The notes under the pieces: model-generated
Seen by the model: the letters and a program-made list of their open reading frames with translations, nothing else
What the model was told of the DNA's origin: nothing
Database searches by the model: none
Position numbers and translations under genes: made by a program
Shown: positions 13,467-25,161 of the stretch, in pieces
Layout: every line of letters begins with the position of its first letter
Numbering within the stretch: the first letter of the stretch is position 1
Assembly (NCBI GenBank): GCA_905178155.1
Contig: CAJINV010000008.1
Location: forward strand, 2,671,303 to 2,735,302
Direction of reading: 5' to 3'
Length of the DNA: 64,000 nucleotides
Source of the DNA: Amoebophrya sp. A120
Lineage: Eukaryota > Protista > Dinoflagellata

Positions 13467-14217
13467 GCCCAGATTGCGACCGTGATGGAGAGTTTTTAAA
13501 CGTCAGAGAAAGCCTAGCTGAACATCAAGAAGATTTACTTTATCAGCTGAATCGTTTCAAGTTGAACTGTTGAAACACATGACATGGCGCACCATAGCCC
13601 AAGTCCTGCAACCGGGGAGAACAACCGCGAAGATCTCCCCGGACCTTGCCCATATCTCTTCTGCGACTGAGATCGTTTCGACAATCGTAGCAGTATTGCT
13701 TTTTGGGATCACAACCTTAATACAAATATATTTTCTTGTGACAAAGAGCTAGAAGGTTAAAGGATTGCACTATATGCGCACTTCAGGATCAGAAAATCCA
13801 CAATTAGATGAACTTCTAGCACAGTACGACCTTCTTTGAGCGAAAAGGTGCTGTGCGAAGGACTGTGCTCGGAAGGCAACGTGCTTGAAGTCAGTGTCAG
13901 GCAACGATGAACGATCATGGTGAACTGCCAGATTTTAATTTAGCAAGAACTGTCCACACGTACAATGTCGGCCCTGTTCGTTCACCTGCGCGGTGTCACG
14001 AAAGACCCTAACGTCGTCGTATCCCCACTATTTATTTCTCTCTCGTTCTATTGATTCCAAGCAAAAGACAACTCTTAACTTCGTCTTCGTCTACATGTGC
14101 GTTTGGAAAAAATCATCTGCGGAAGTAGAGGCAGTCCCGGGCTCTCGCGAGCAACTACATCAATCATCAACACGTACAAGTCGTGCAACTGCTTTTCCCG
14201 AATTTGTAAGGTAAGGC

Positions 14218-17200
14218 TCAATACGTCACCTCCAAATCTTCGAATTTCGCCAGCAGGTCCTGCGCCGAGGTGCGCAGCCGCGGCTCGAATTGCATATCCA
14301 CAGTAAATTTTCCGTACACGTACACATGCGGTCTCTGCATGACAAAAATTGGATTCGATCCTTGTCTAGCATGACAAGCTTTACGCTTCAAATTGGTGAA
14401 ATTTGTGATGCACCTTGTACATGTACGGGAAATTTGTATTGCGTATTGCAAGCACGAAGTTACCAGCTCCTCGAGCAAGGGATTCCCGAGCTCCTTCAGC
14501 CCGCTCCGGGTCGCGAACGGGCTCTTCTTCTGCACCAGCAACTTCCCCATCACCTGCTGCAAATTCGTGCACTCCTCATGCGGCGAGCGCTGCAGAAAAA
14601 TCTCGGCGATGAGACAGCCCACCGCCCAGATATCCACCTTTTCCGTCAGCTTGATGGCTGCGTCAAACAGCTCCGGTGCCATGTAGCGCGGTGAGCCGCC
14701 CTCCTGCTCCTTGCGCGTGATATGTGTTTTCTCCATGGACTGGGTCAATCCGAAGTCGCACAGCTTCGCATTGAAATCATGATCGAGCACGACATTCATC
14801 GACTTCAAATCACGGTGCACGATCGGCTTCGGAGACAGAGGAGACGTTCCTGCGCCAGAAGTTGTGGCTGTGCTTGCAGGATGTTGATCATCTCCAACTT
14901 CCGTGCCCACGCCCCCGGCTCCCGCGTGCAGAAACGCGATGCCTTGGATAATGTGCAGCACAATCTTTCTTTTCGTCTTTTTCGCTAGCGTGAACTTCTC
15001 CACGTGCAGCAGGTTGTGCAGGTTGCCCCGGGGCATATACTCCAGTACCATGCACAGCTCCTGCTTCGTCGCGCAGGCGCCCAGAATGCCGACCAGCCGC
15101 TCGTGCTGCAACTTCGCCAACATCTTCACCTCCTTCGCAAACTCCTCAATCAGCTCCCGATTTACTTGTTGGTCCAAAGTATGCAGCTGGAAGTAAGCGT
15201 GCGATCTGGGTCTGGAAATACTGACGGTGCTGAGTCATGGCGTGCACGCGTATTCACGAGAAAGAGCTGCGCGTTTACAATACAAAGGGGTGGCGCTTTC
15301 GTCGGCTATGGAACACAGACTCATTTGCATATGAAATGGATCATGCAAGACAAGCAGTTACATAGCTATAGTACGCCGAGTTCTTGGACTTTTCCATTTC
15401 CAGATCCAGACCCGCAACAAATTATTTACAACCAACATACGACGTCACCACGTACAATTTCTTGATCGCGACCAGCTTCGACCGATAGTACCCGCGGTGC
15501 ACGGAACCGAAGCCCCCGGAGCCGAGGAGCTCCCGAAACTCCAGTTCTTTCGCGTCAATCATGATGTCTTGGTTGATATTGTACTCTGTCGCCAGCGTGG
15601 TGGTCGGAGAGGAGGACTTGTTCGGAAGGTTCTTTCTCCTCTCGTCGGACTGCATTCGGCCACTCTCACCTGCCGGCATTTTCGGCCGCTGATGTTCTTG
15701 CGCATTCACCGCGGGAAGTTTTGGCGCTGGAGGCGCACCCACCGCTGCGTTGGCCGTCCAGACGCGGCGCGACGGTTTCGGCTTCTGCATAGCGGTGGAG
15801 GTCGAACTTCCGGGAAGTTGTGGTGGCGCAAAATTACTAGCGACTGCTCCCCCTACTTGATGAAGAACGCCCCCCACGACAGAACCTCCACCCGATGGAG
15901 CGACGCGCTCGGGCGGTAGAAAATTGTTCGGCGCGTTCAGCATCTTGGGCATAACCAGACCCGGCGGCCTTTGCAGCTGGTGCTGCGGAGGTAATAAATT
16001 TTGCCCACTCAATGGCGCGTGAAATCCTAGGAGCGAGGGCGCGGGCGTGGTCCCATTAGACGGGGAAATCGTCGGCCGGTACACGCCTTGCTTCGGCTGA
16101 GCACTGCTGTGCTGGCTAGTGGGAGCGTGATTCGTAGCAGCTCCATCAACAGCCTGGCCCGATGCCGAGTTTTTGTTTTTTTCCTGGTTCATGTCGTCGT
16201 TCTGCACAGCAGACGGCGCAGACGACGAAGACGAAGCCACAGCTTGTCCCACTTTTGGGAACGAGTTCATTCCCTCGATCCTCTCCGCAAAATGTTGTGG
16301 AACAACTTGCGCAGGAGGAGGTGCTCCATCGACGTCCACACTAGACGAACCGCGAGGATGTGACACGACATGACACTGCCGTATCACCTCGCTTCCGCGC
16401 GCAATGTTCTTTCCATCACCGGTTCCGTCGCAGTAGCGCACACCGATCACCTCGCCGAAGGGCATGCCGTTCGTCGGCTCCACCACCTCGCTCTGCACCC
16501 ACTCGTTATTTTTCCGTGGGTATGCAGCGGAAACGCATCGATCTGCATCCGGAAAGGTCGTGTGCTTCTCATGCTACATGCGCAGGGAACACGACCGACA
16601 GACAAACAGAGGGACTGCAAAGATACGAATTTTTACTTACGAAACGAAAACGCAGCCAAGAAAATAAAAAGGTCTACGCAGCGGCCCAAGGTGACAAAGT
16701 AGAAAATTAATAAATACAAAAATTTTTATAAAAACGTGTGCGCAAGGGCAGGCCAGAATAGCCGCGGTGTCTCTATGCTTCTCTACGACCACACACTAAA
16801 CAAAGGCCTCAAAAGCCCGGCCGTATTTATTGCCCGACCAAGACAATGTAATGAGGTTCGCACTTTCCCTGGTGGCCCAGAGGACGCGATTTTCTTTACA
16901 CTCCATACCGAATAGCACTCCACGATGTCGCCTGGCTGTAGCAGTTGTCGCCAGCTTTTTCCGTGGTCCTCTGCAGACCCCCTCCCTTCACGTGCTCCAC
17001 TTGCGGGCGCTGCAGCTGTGCTCAAGACGCTTGTCGTCCGCACGCCCGGTCGGTCCGAGTCCTGCGCGGGCTCGTCCGGCGGGCGCGACGCTGTTTCCGC
17101 GGCGACTTCTGGAACAACGACCATCGGAGCTGCTGCCCCCTCCGAAGCAGGGCCCATGATCGGTGCGCCGGCAAACGAGCCGGCTAGGTATCGGTCGGGG

Positions 17201-20200
17201 TAAACGGTTCTCTCCGTGGTCTTTGTCGTCGCAGTGACAAGGTCAGCGGCACTCTCAGCGCTCGAACCAGCACGGGCAGAAGCTCCTGCGGCAGCAAAGC
17301 CAGCTGGTAGTTTCGTGGGGGAAAGCTGCTCCACCTGCTCCGGTGTCGTGTTACGGATAGTACTAGCGCTCTCCCTCTGCTGTCTCAGATACGCGCCCGT
17401 GTCGAACCTCGTTCGCTCCTTGTCCGCAGCTGCACTCTTGTTCCCTTGCAGACCGAGACTGGCAATTTTCCCCGCAGGTAGCGGTTCCGACTGCGCTTCC
17501 CCCGCTGCCAAACTCACAAGCCGAGTTCGCTGCACGCTTGTCTGGGCGGCGGTGGGCGTCAATGAGGTTGCATCATAAAGCGTTGAGTCTACTTCACTGG
17601 TCGCGACCTCCTTCTGCCTTTCTGTTCTCGCCGCGGAATGGACGCCTGCACTCGCTCCTGCCGTAGTTTTGGAACGCACTTGCTGCAGTTTCGTTTCCAG
17701 CGTTTCCATTGCACCATCCGAAGCAGGAACGCCAAGCTTGTTGCTGCTGTACACCGAAACCGACCTATCGACAGACGACAACTGCGCCGGCGCCAGCAGA
17801 ATCGTCGTAAACTTCGTTTCCTGGTAGAAAGACCCGGAGGCGGCACCAGCGCTGCTGGTACCCACAAGCCCTCCCGATGCAGCGCTCGTCGACGTAGGTG
17901 CTCTCGACGACGTCGCAGCTTGAAAGCGATTTATTTCCGGGTCTCTCTGGTGCACCAAGGTGGTAGTTTTGATCTTGTCCAGCGATTCGAGAGAGCTCGT
18001 TGCGCTGGATACATGACCAGCAGCTCCTGGATCATCTTCTCGGGAATCCACGAGGCCTGGACCAGTTATATTGTCCCTCTCTGTTCCAGCATTTTCCGTG
18101 TCTACTTCCGGAGCTCCTTCGTTGGCGAGAACAACATCAACATCAACTCCGCTAGAAGTACCATTATTCAACATCCCGGTGCGACTGCGACCGCGCCGGT
18201 TGGCGTGCGTATCGATGGTAACGACAGGCAGCAAGTGACCACCACCGTCCCCCTCGGGGTCGTCAGCAGAGAAGCTAGTGTTGAGGTGGCGGCTTTTTGC
18301 CCCGGCGCCATAAGTAGCTGACCCCGATGATCCTCCACCAGACACCACTTCTCTCCCATTCATCGTCAGATACAGTGCGAAATCCTTACGCCACTGCGGG
18401 ATCGGCAGCAGGTCACTGTCCTCCTCGACAAACTGCCGCAAAGCTTCCTTGTCTTTCAAAAGCCTCTTCGTGAACGAGTCCAGCTCCAGGGCCTTCTTAA
18501 GGTGCCGCTCCGCGCGTTTGGAGTCCTTCTGGAGCAGCCTGGTCAAGCAAACCCACCGGTGGAGCCGCCCCTGCTGCTTCCGGTTTGCCAGCATCGCTTC
18601 CTGATCGTTTTTCTTCTGCTGCTGTTGCTGCTCGTCCTCCGCGGTGCGCAGCGTGCTATGCAACAAGGCCAATTAATACCGATATGGATCTGGGTCTACA
18701 CATTTCTTGCCACATCTACCACGTATCGCTGGCAAAAGCCCGAAGACCCCGACGCCCGTAAGCATCTATGCAACGCATGCCACGCAGGAGCGAGGTCTCC
18801 GAAAAACAAAAACCCTTTACACGAAAGCTTTAAAAAATCTATCAGGCTTCTCTCAACATGCGCACTATTGAGTTATTTCATGGCACCAGAAATCGCTTGA
18901 TATGTGTGCTCTCTCGTCTGGCCAGTCTCGGTTCAGCCCCAGAAACACTTCCAGTGACATTTTCTGGCAGAACGTACCACATCGATATATTGTATTTGCG
19001 TCTGATATGTGTCCATGAGAGAAAGGTTGATCTGCTCGAAGAGACGCAGGATATCCGGGTGCTTGCTGGCACTCTGCAGCGTCGAGTTCGGCGTGGTGAT
19101 TTGAATTGCGTGGATCTCGGTAAGCTTCCGCGAGACGTCGTTCGTCACTTTCTGCACCTCAAGCTCCAGCGCTTTCTGCATCTCCGCGCGCTGATGCTTG
19201 GGCTCTTGTAGTTGTGGTCTCATCTCGTTCTCGGAGTTCTTCCGTCCGGACTCCACCTCTTGCGCTTTGCTGCTCGAAGAAGTCGATGGCTCAAAGTTCA
19301 TCATATTTCTTGCACCCGGCCCACTCGTCGCATTCTGGACGAAAATGTTTTCGTCTTCTTTCCGACTGGTCTTGTAGTCTCTCGTATTCCCCGTGCGTCG
19401 ACTATCAGCTTCAGCCAGCGGCCCGGTTGTAGCTCCAACTTCTCCGGCCAAGGAGTCTTCTTCCCTCGTCGTCCCAGCGAACGGTTTCGGCCACAAGTCG
19501 TGCTGGGAAGCAGGGACGAGGGACGGCGGTGCCTCCGCGAGGTGGCTTGCTGGTGCTGCACTAGTATGGCCGCTGGTGGACGTCTTCAGAACTACACCCG
19601 TAGGAGGTGTCTCACGCTGGGCAGCTGCTGCACCAGGGAGACGACCTGGTTGTCGTTCAACATCTGGCTGTGCAACAAACTCCTCGTCGAGTTGCTGTGC
19701 CAAAGCCGCGTCCAGCCGCCGCAGCTCGACAATCGCTTGCGCCAGCGTGAAGCCCCCGTACGCAATCCCGATGGTCTGCTGCTGCCGCTCCAGCGCGAAC
19801 AGCGCGCGGCACAGCACGACCCAGGCCTTCTTTTCCGCGCGCCCGTGCGGGTGCCGCACCACCCGGGACACCAGGTCCACGGCCGCGACAAAGTATCGGA
19901 GCGTCAGGATCGAAATCGAGAAAGTCGAAAAATTTGTGATGCATAAAATGTAGGACACTGAACCCCTGTATTGGGGAGCAGGCAAATGAGACCGATTGTG
20001 AGCCTGTTTAGGGGCATGCAATGCGCTGCCAGAGTAGCACGACAGGAGCAGTCTTCTGTGCCCAAACAGCATGACAGTCTGGATTTGGGCGCTCCCGAAA
20101 TTTATCATGCGCCACTTGAGACCTGAGGCTCCAACTGACATCGATTTTGTGCATCGCAAGTTTTTCGATTTTGTCAATTTCGATTGTTCTGACACTCCCA

Positions 20201-20962
20201 TACAAAGTCCTCTTTCCGTAACTTCTCCGCTCCAAAGACTAACTGCAGATCGAGCGGGTGCGTATGAAACAGGCAAAAATTAGAAACCATCGGACCTCCG
20301 ACTAGTAGCTGTAGTACACTTGGCAAAGGTGGAAAGCGGTTCTTGTATCTGCCCTCGGTAAAAAAAGTTGTATATTAGTCAATCTTGTTCGGTATCGGTA
20401 GTCTCTTCAATATTACCTTATTTTTTTATGAATGTTTCACACCGGAACGAACGCCAGTTCTTGTTAAATTGGTCATTCAATATTTGCAGCTGCGAGCAAG
20501 CACACAACTGGAAAAGAACGCAGCGAGGAATGCATTTCTGTTGGCATGGACGAGGAGAATCAAAATCCAAATCTTGAGCAGGAACATCACACTGCAAATA
20601 AACATTGCAACCTTTCTTTCTGCTACTAGCTCTTGCCGATATTACAGCTTTTCTGTATCCCAAAACTCTCCCGAAGCGTTTTCCGGGTCGTGTCGGAACC
20701 CGATTTCCAGCATCGCAGTGCACTCGCGCACCCGGTTCAGTTTGTGTAACGCACGGGCGCGGAGGTACAGAAACGGAATGAAAAGCTTGTGGTTCCCCGT
20801 TGATGAAATGGCGCCGCTGGATGTGTGCAAAAGTCTCCCAGTGTCAGAGAAATCGTAGCCCGACTCCCGGTCGAGGGAAGTGAGAACCTGTGCCCAATCT
20901 GCTGGCGTTTGCGCAATCTCAGCCTGCTGCTTCAGTTCCAATAAGAGAGATGCGGCGGACAT
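14218..20962 (-). CDS. Large multi-exon TKL-type protein kinase (helical N-terminus, small SH3/Tudor-like segment, C-terminal kinase domain)
   Basis: GSGGFGSV, AIKK, HRDLKSMN, DFG, YMAPE and DIWAVG in 14218-15560. Removing TIR elements joins QPGDIVECYS to PRKNNEWVQSEV, and EKLRKEDF to VAAVDLV. The kinase domain is secure; the 5' extent is less so. Confidence 0.8.
14295..14445. mobile_element. TIR introner, TSD TTGCA, in kinase subdomain XI
   Basis: TTGCA at 14290-14294 and 14446-14450; imperfect TIR (AAATTTTCCGTACA / TGTACGGGAAATTT); removal gives SCLQ-FEPRLR. Confidence 0.85.
15201..15415. mobile_element. Eroded TIR element within a kinase intron
   Basis: TCTGGGTCTGGAAAT ... ATTTCCAGATCCAGA core shared with the 31018 family; no TSD found. 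Confidence 0.5.
16521..16907. mobile_element. Degenerate TIR introner
   Basis: TATGCAG... / ...CTCCATA ends; excising G+element+C gives in-frame YS-PRKNNEW; TSD not recognisable. Confidence 0.5.
19894..20202. mobile_element. TIR introner, TSD CAAAG
   Basis: CAAAG at 19889-19893 and 20203-20207; ~50-bp imperfect TIR related to the 58868 element. Confidence 0.88.
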
Positions 20963-21947
20963 GATTTTAAATGTTTTTCTTTCATCAATCAGATCTTTAA
21001 TATTTTTACGGACGAGCAAGTAACTCCGACGCAGGTGACGTCCACGCGCCTCAATGACGTTTCGCACTTTTCCCAGCCCAGCGAACCACTCATCGTCTCG
21101 AAAAACTACTGTACTGTACTTTTCTCGCTCTTGCTACCACATCACCCCTCTCTGTACGACTTCCTGGCTTCTTGTCCCATTTTTTTGAAACCATGTGTTT
21201 TGCGGCATCGTTCGCCCCCCTGCTTCGCGGGGAGCACAAAACTTGGATGCAGGTTCAGTGCCCGGGCCAGAAAGGAATTAGAAGAAACATAAAAGACAGG
21301 CGAACAATCCGTTCTTCCCCAAGGAAGAGCAGCCGTCGCGAGGAAACAACCCACCTTGGTGGCACAGGTAGCCACCTGCCGCAAAAGTCTATGGATGGAA
21401 GTGAGTACTCGAAACCTGTGCAAAAAATTGTCTGCGTAAATCTCAATTTCAGCACGGGACATAACTCCTCATAAATCACGGGGGCAACTATGGCAACGCT
21501 TTTCAGTAAGCAGCTCTAATTATGACCTTTAGCTTTTCGGTACCAGCTGCGGCATTTTTGCGATGTTGTGTTCTTGGAAACTTTCGTATGTAAAAAAAGT
21601 GTATGACCATCAACGCCATGCACGGTGATTTTTCGCAGTAAAGTTTTTTACTTCGGTGCACAGATATTTGTCGCGGCTGGCTGTACTTTGACTTTCTTAC
21701 ATAGTGCAAGCATCGCATTCATGCTCACATAGTAGAAGCCTATGGATCTTGTTCGGAAGCCAATAAAGATAAACCCGGGTCGTGGGAAAGGGAAGCACAA
21801 ACAAATCTTCAAACAAAATACTATACTTAAAGGTGTTAGGTGGAAAAAAGCACTGCAATTGGAAAAAAAGGGGGTAAAAAAAAGTACAAAGAAAAAAAGA
21901 GCTGCGCCTATTCAGGCGGGAAAAAAAATGCTACGCCCATTGCCGCG

Positions 21948-24900
21948 CTATGAAAACGCCTTGAGCCCCATGTTGGCAAAGGTCATCTCCATGGGTGCGT
22001 TTTCGTCTTTGTGTTGGTGACTGACATAGGCGTCGAGCAGTCGTTTCGTGTGTGCTACCTCCTCCTGGATCTGGAGCAGTGAGACCGCGACGGACTCCAT
22101 CTGTCCCTCGTCGAACAGCGTTTGGTAGACGTCGTTCATCGCCGCCACGGACACCATGCCCTCGATGTCCCGAATCACGTCCGCGTGCAGCTCCTGCTCC
22201 GATTTCGCGTTCACCGTGGACTTGAGCACGCCCCCGGCTTTCTGCGTGCGCTCGAGCTCCTTGGTCTTCCGGGCTATGAACGCCTTGCGTATCATGTGCT
22301 TCTCCACCTGGTTTAGGTAGTTCAGGTACGCCTGCCGCGGCATGGACAGCACCTTGTTTCGCAAAAACCACCCCGGCTTGTACTGCCGCTCCTTCTCGTC
22401 GTACTCCACGCGGAGCAGCCCGATCGGGAGAAGCAGCAAATTGTACAGCTTCACCGTGATCTTCTTCAGGTCCTCCTCGCTGTGAATGTCCGTCGTGTCC
22501 ATCTGCAGGTTCTCGCGGATTGACTCGAAATGTTGCACCTGAGGTGTGGAGAGAAAAAACTCATCCTGATGCTCTGTTGTAACTAAAGCCAAAAATACAA
22601 ATTCAAAATACTAAATTGCAGGTCTGTCTCAACCGAAGAAAACCAAAGAAAACGGTATAAAAAAATCACACATGCACATCAAAGGGACTGATAATCGGAG
22701 GCACTTCTAGCGTTTCATTTTCATACTAAAGATCTTGCATTATCGTCTACGTTAAAAATCGGCATCGCAAACCCTCATTCAACTTGTCCTATTCGTCCAA
22801 CTTTTTCCTGTATAGATGCCAACGAAAAATCTATGAATCATGTAAAAAAATTGAATATTACGATTTGTTCCGCGGGCGTAAGTTGGCTTTTTTTGAATCC
22901 CTCCTCGTCGTCAGCGCTGAGGGCCGAGGAGTCGAACCAGAGCAAGCCGTTCGTGATCAGTAGGTTTTTCAAGAACTTTTCCATGCCTACGGTCGCTCGT
23001 CGCCTCCTTTCCTCCGTGACGACCTCAAACATGATTTTGGTGACCCGCCCGGACACAATATTCATGAGCACGACGCCGGAGAGCAGTAGCCCCAGGATAA
23101 ACCAGACGGAGATCCACCAGTCTTGGTCCGCCAGCAGGTCAATAAAGGGCATACTGTTGTCCTGGAGCCACAAACGGAGGCAGAGCAGGATGGTTCGGAA
23201 CCACGTGTTCGCAATAGGCATGATGCTGGTCTCGAAGTTCAGGTTCTGCGAGTCCGAATAATCGCCGCTCGTCTGGTCCCGATACTTCACGTACTGCCGC
23301 AGCGTCACAGAAAGCGCCAGCATCTATGCATCGCAAATATCTTTCGATCGATCTGGGAGGTCTGCGAAAAATTGCTGCAATCGACAATTTTTGTACTCTC
23401 TTCATGATGAAATCTTGATGATGAAAAATACTACCTCAGTGGGTACTATATGTATCCATCCAGGCATGACAAATCATTGGCTAGGTCGTAGAGAAGAGCC
23501 ATGCGTTGTAAAAAAAAAAACTGCCCTGGATTGGAACATTATCGCATTTTTGCATGACAGTCCGTGTGGCGCTCAAGAACGTCCGCTTCATGTCTAAAAG
23601 GATTTTGTTTCGCTCGACACACCGCGCAATGAATACGTATTCTTTCCGTCCTTCCAGAAGATCGATATTTGCAAGGGATAGCATCACCATCGAGACAATC
23701 AAAAGATCCGGGCCGATCTCAATCAAGACCCGCTGCGTCGTCCGAAAAACTACTACTACTTCCTCGTACTTTCGCAACCTGAATTGATGTCAGATAGGAG
23801 GAATTTTTTTTTCCGTTCTCTAACCATGATGCACAACCAAAGTACTACCCGTCATCTGTTCTGTTACTTATAGCCCTATGCAAATGAGGCTTATTCTTAT
23901 TGCTTCTTCGTTCCTTTACTTCATCCCTTCAGCTATTTTCTACTATGGAAGCCCTGCCAATTTTACACCTTTTTGCTCATGGTCATGCAGAAACAAGAAA
24001 CGACAGCGAATTCTTCGCCTGTGTAGATAGACAAAGAATGGCACTAAGTAGCTGTACTAGCTGTACATCAAGTGTGTACAAGTATAATGATCTTACTTAT
24101 CTGATAGAAGTCTTATACCTGCTCATCCGCAGCAGCCGTAAGAGCTTGAACATAACTGCGGCGCCCGCGCTGGACTCCTCCCCGATCGCCCCCAGCTCGA
24201 TGAGCTGCGTGAGCAGGCAGAAGGAATCCACCCAGTTGAAAATCAACTCGTCCCACAGGTGGCGTGGTGGGAAGTAGAACCGCCAGAAGTAGCCCTTGCA
24301 CCGGGCCACGCGGAGGCCCACGTCAAAGAGGTAGACGAAGAAGAAGAACAGCTCGGCCCACCACCAGAAGTAGGCGAACCGGCTCAGGTCCGCCTCCTCC
24401 GGGTCGTGCACGTCCGACTCCACGGAAAAGATGATCAAGTTCGCGACCACGCAGAACATGATCGTCGACTCGAAGTAGGGGTGGCTGTAAATCTCGTCCG
24501 CCTTGCTCGGGTGCCACACGCCGTCGCGCCGGAGCCGCCACTCCTTCTCCACCTCCAGCTGCGCAATCACCTTCTCGCGCCACAAAGTCTGCTCCCGGGT
24601 CTCCACCTTATTCTGCATGACCACGTTCTTCACCAAATTCTCCATGTTCGGCTTCTTCCGCAGCGTCCCCTTCTCCTCCAGCTTGGCCCGGGCCTTCTGC
24701 CACACGGCAGACTTCCCCGACTTTAGCAGCGATATTCGATTCCCCGGACTCGGCCGGGCCGCGCTGCTGGAGGACGTCGCGCCGCCGGCGCCGCCCTCGT
24801 TATTCTTATTGTTATTCTCGTTCTCGGCGTTCACGCCCAGAGACTGGGCTCCTCCTTCGCGACTAGTCTGTCTCTTGCCCCCCAGCAGGTTCGCGGCGTT

Positions 24901-25161
24901 CATAAGCGGATTTTTCGCCACGGCCGGTGGCCCTCCGGTCGAAAATGGCGCAGGCGTAGTGGAAGAAGGTCCACCTCCTGATGCGCCATGATTGTTTGTG
25001 CTATTATTATTGCCTACAGGCGGCCCGTGCCGCCTCCCCTCCTCGTCCCCGGTGGACAGTGGGGACTCGGTGTCCTCAGGAAATTCCATGTTCCGCGCCG
25101 GCGCTGGTATTACCTGGGCGCCGCCGGCCTTGCCCGGCGTGCCCGCGGTCGAAAACAGCAT
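21948..25161 (-). CDS. Single-domain 6-TM voltage-gated-type cation channel (Ion_trans-like), multi-exon
   Basis: S1 HPYFESTIMFCVVANLIIFSVE; S4 FKLLRLLRMSRLR; pore LRLWLQDNS; S6 ...VVLMNIVSGRV; helical C-terminus. Confidence 0.8.
23325..23680. mobile_element. TIR introner, TSD GCATC, in channel S5
   Basis: GCATC at 23320-23324 and 23681-23685; TIR core GCAAATATC; removal restores the frame. Confidence 0.85.

Noticed and set aside
18683-19000. TATGGATCTGGGTC as another TIR element
   Set aside because: No matching opposite TIR or TSD found.
18933-20276. 447-aa ORF taken as a single exon
   Set aside because: It reads through the 309-bp element by chance; the plausible upstream exon is in another frame (FGAEKLRKEDF).
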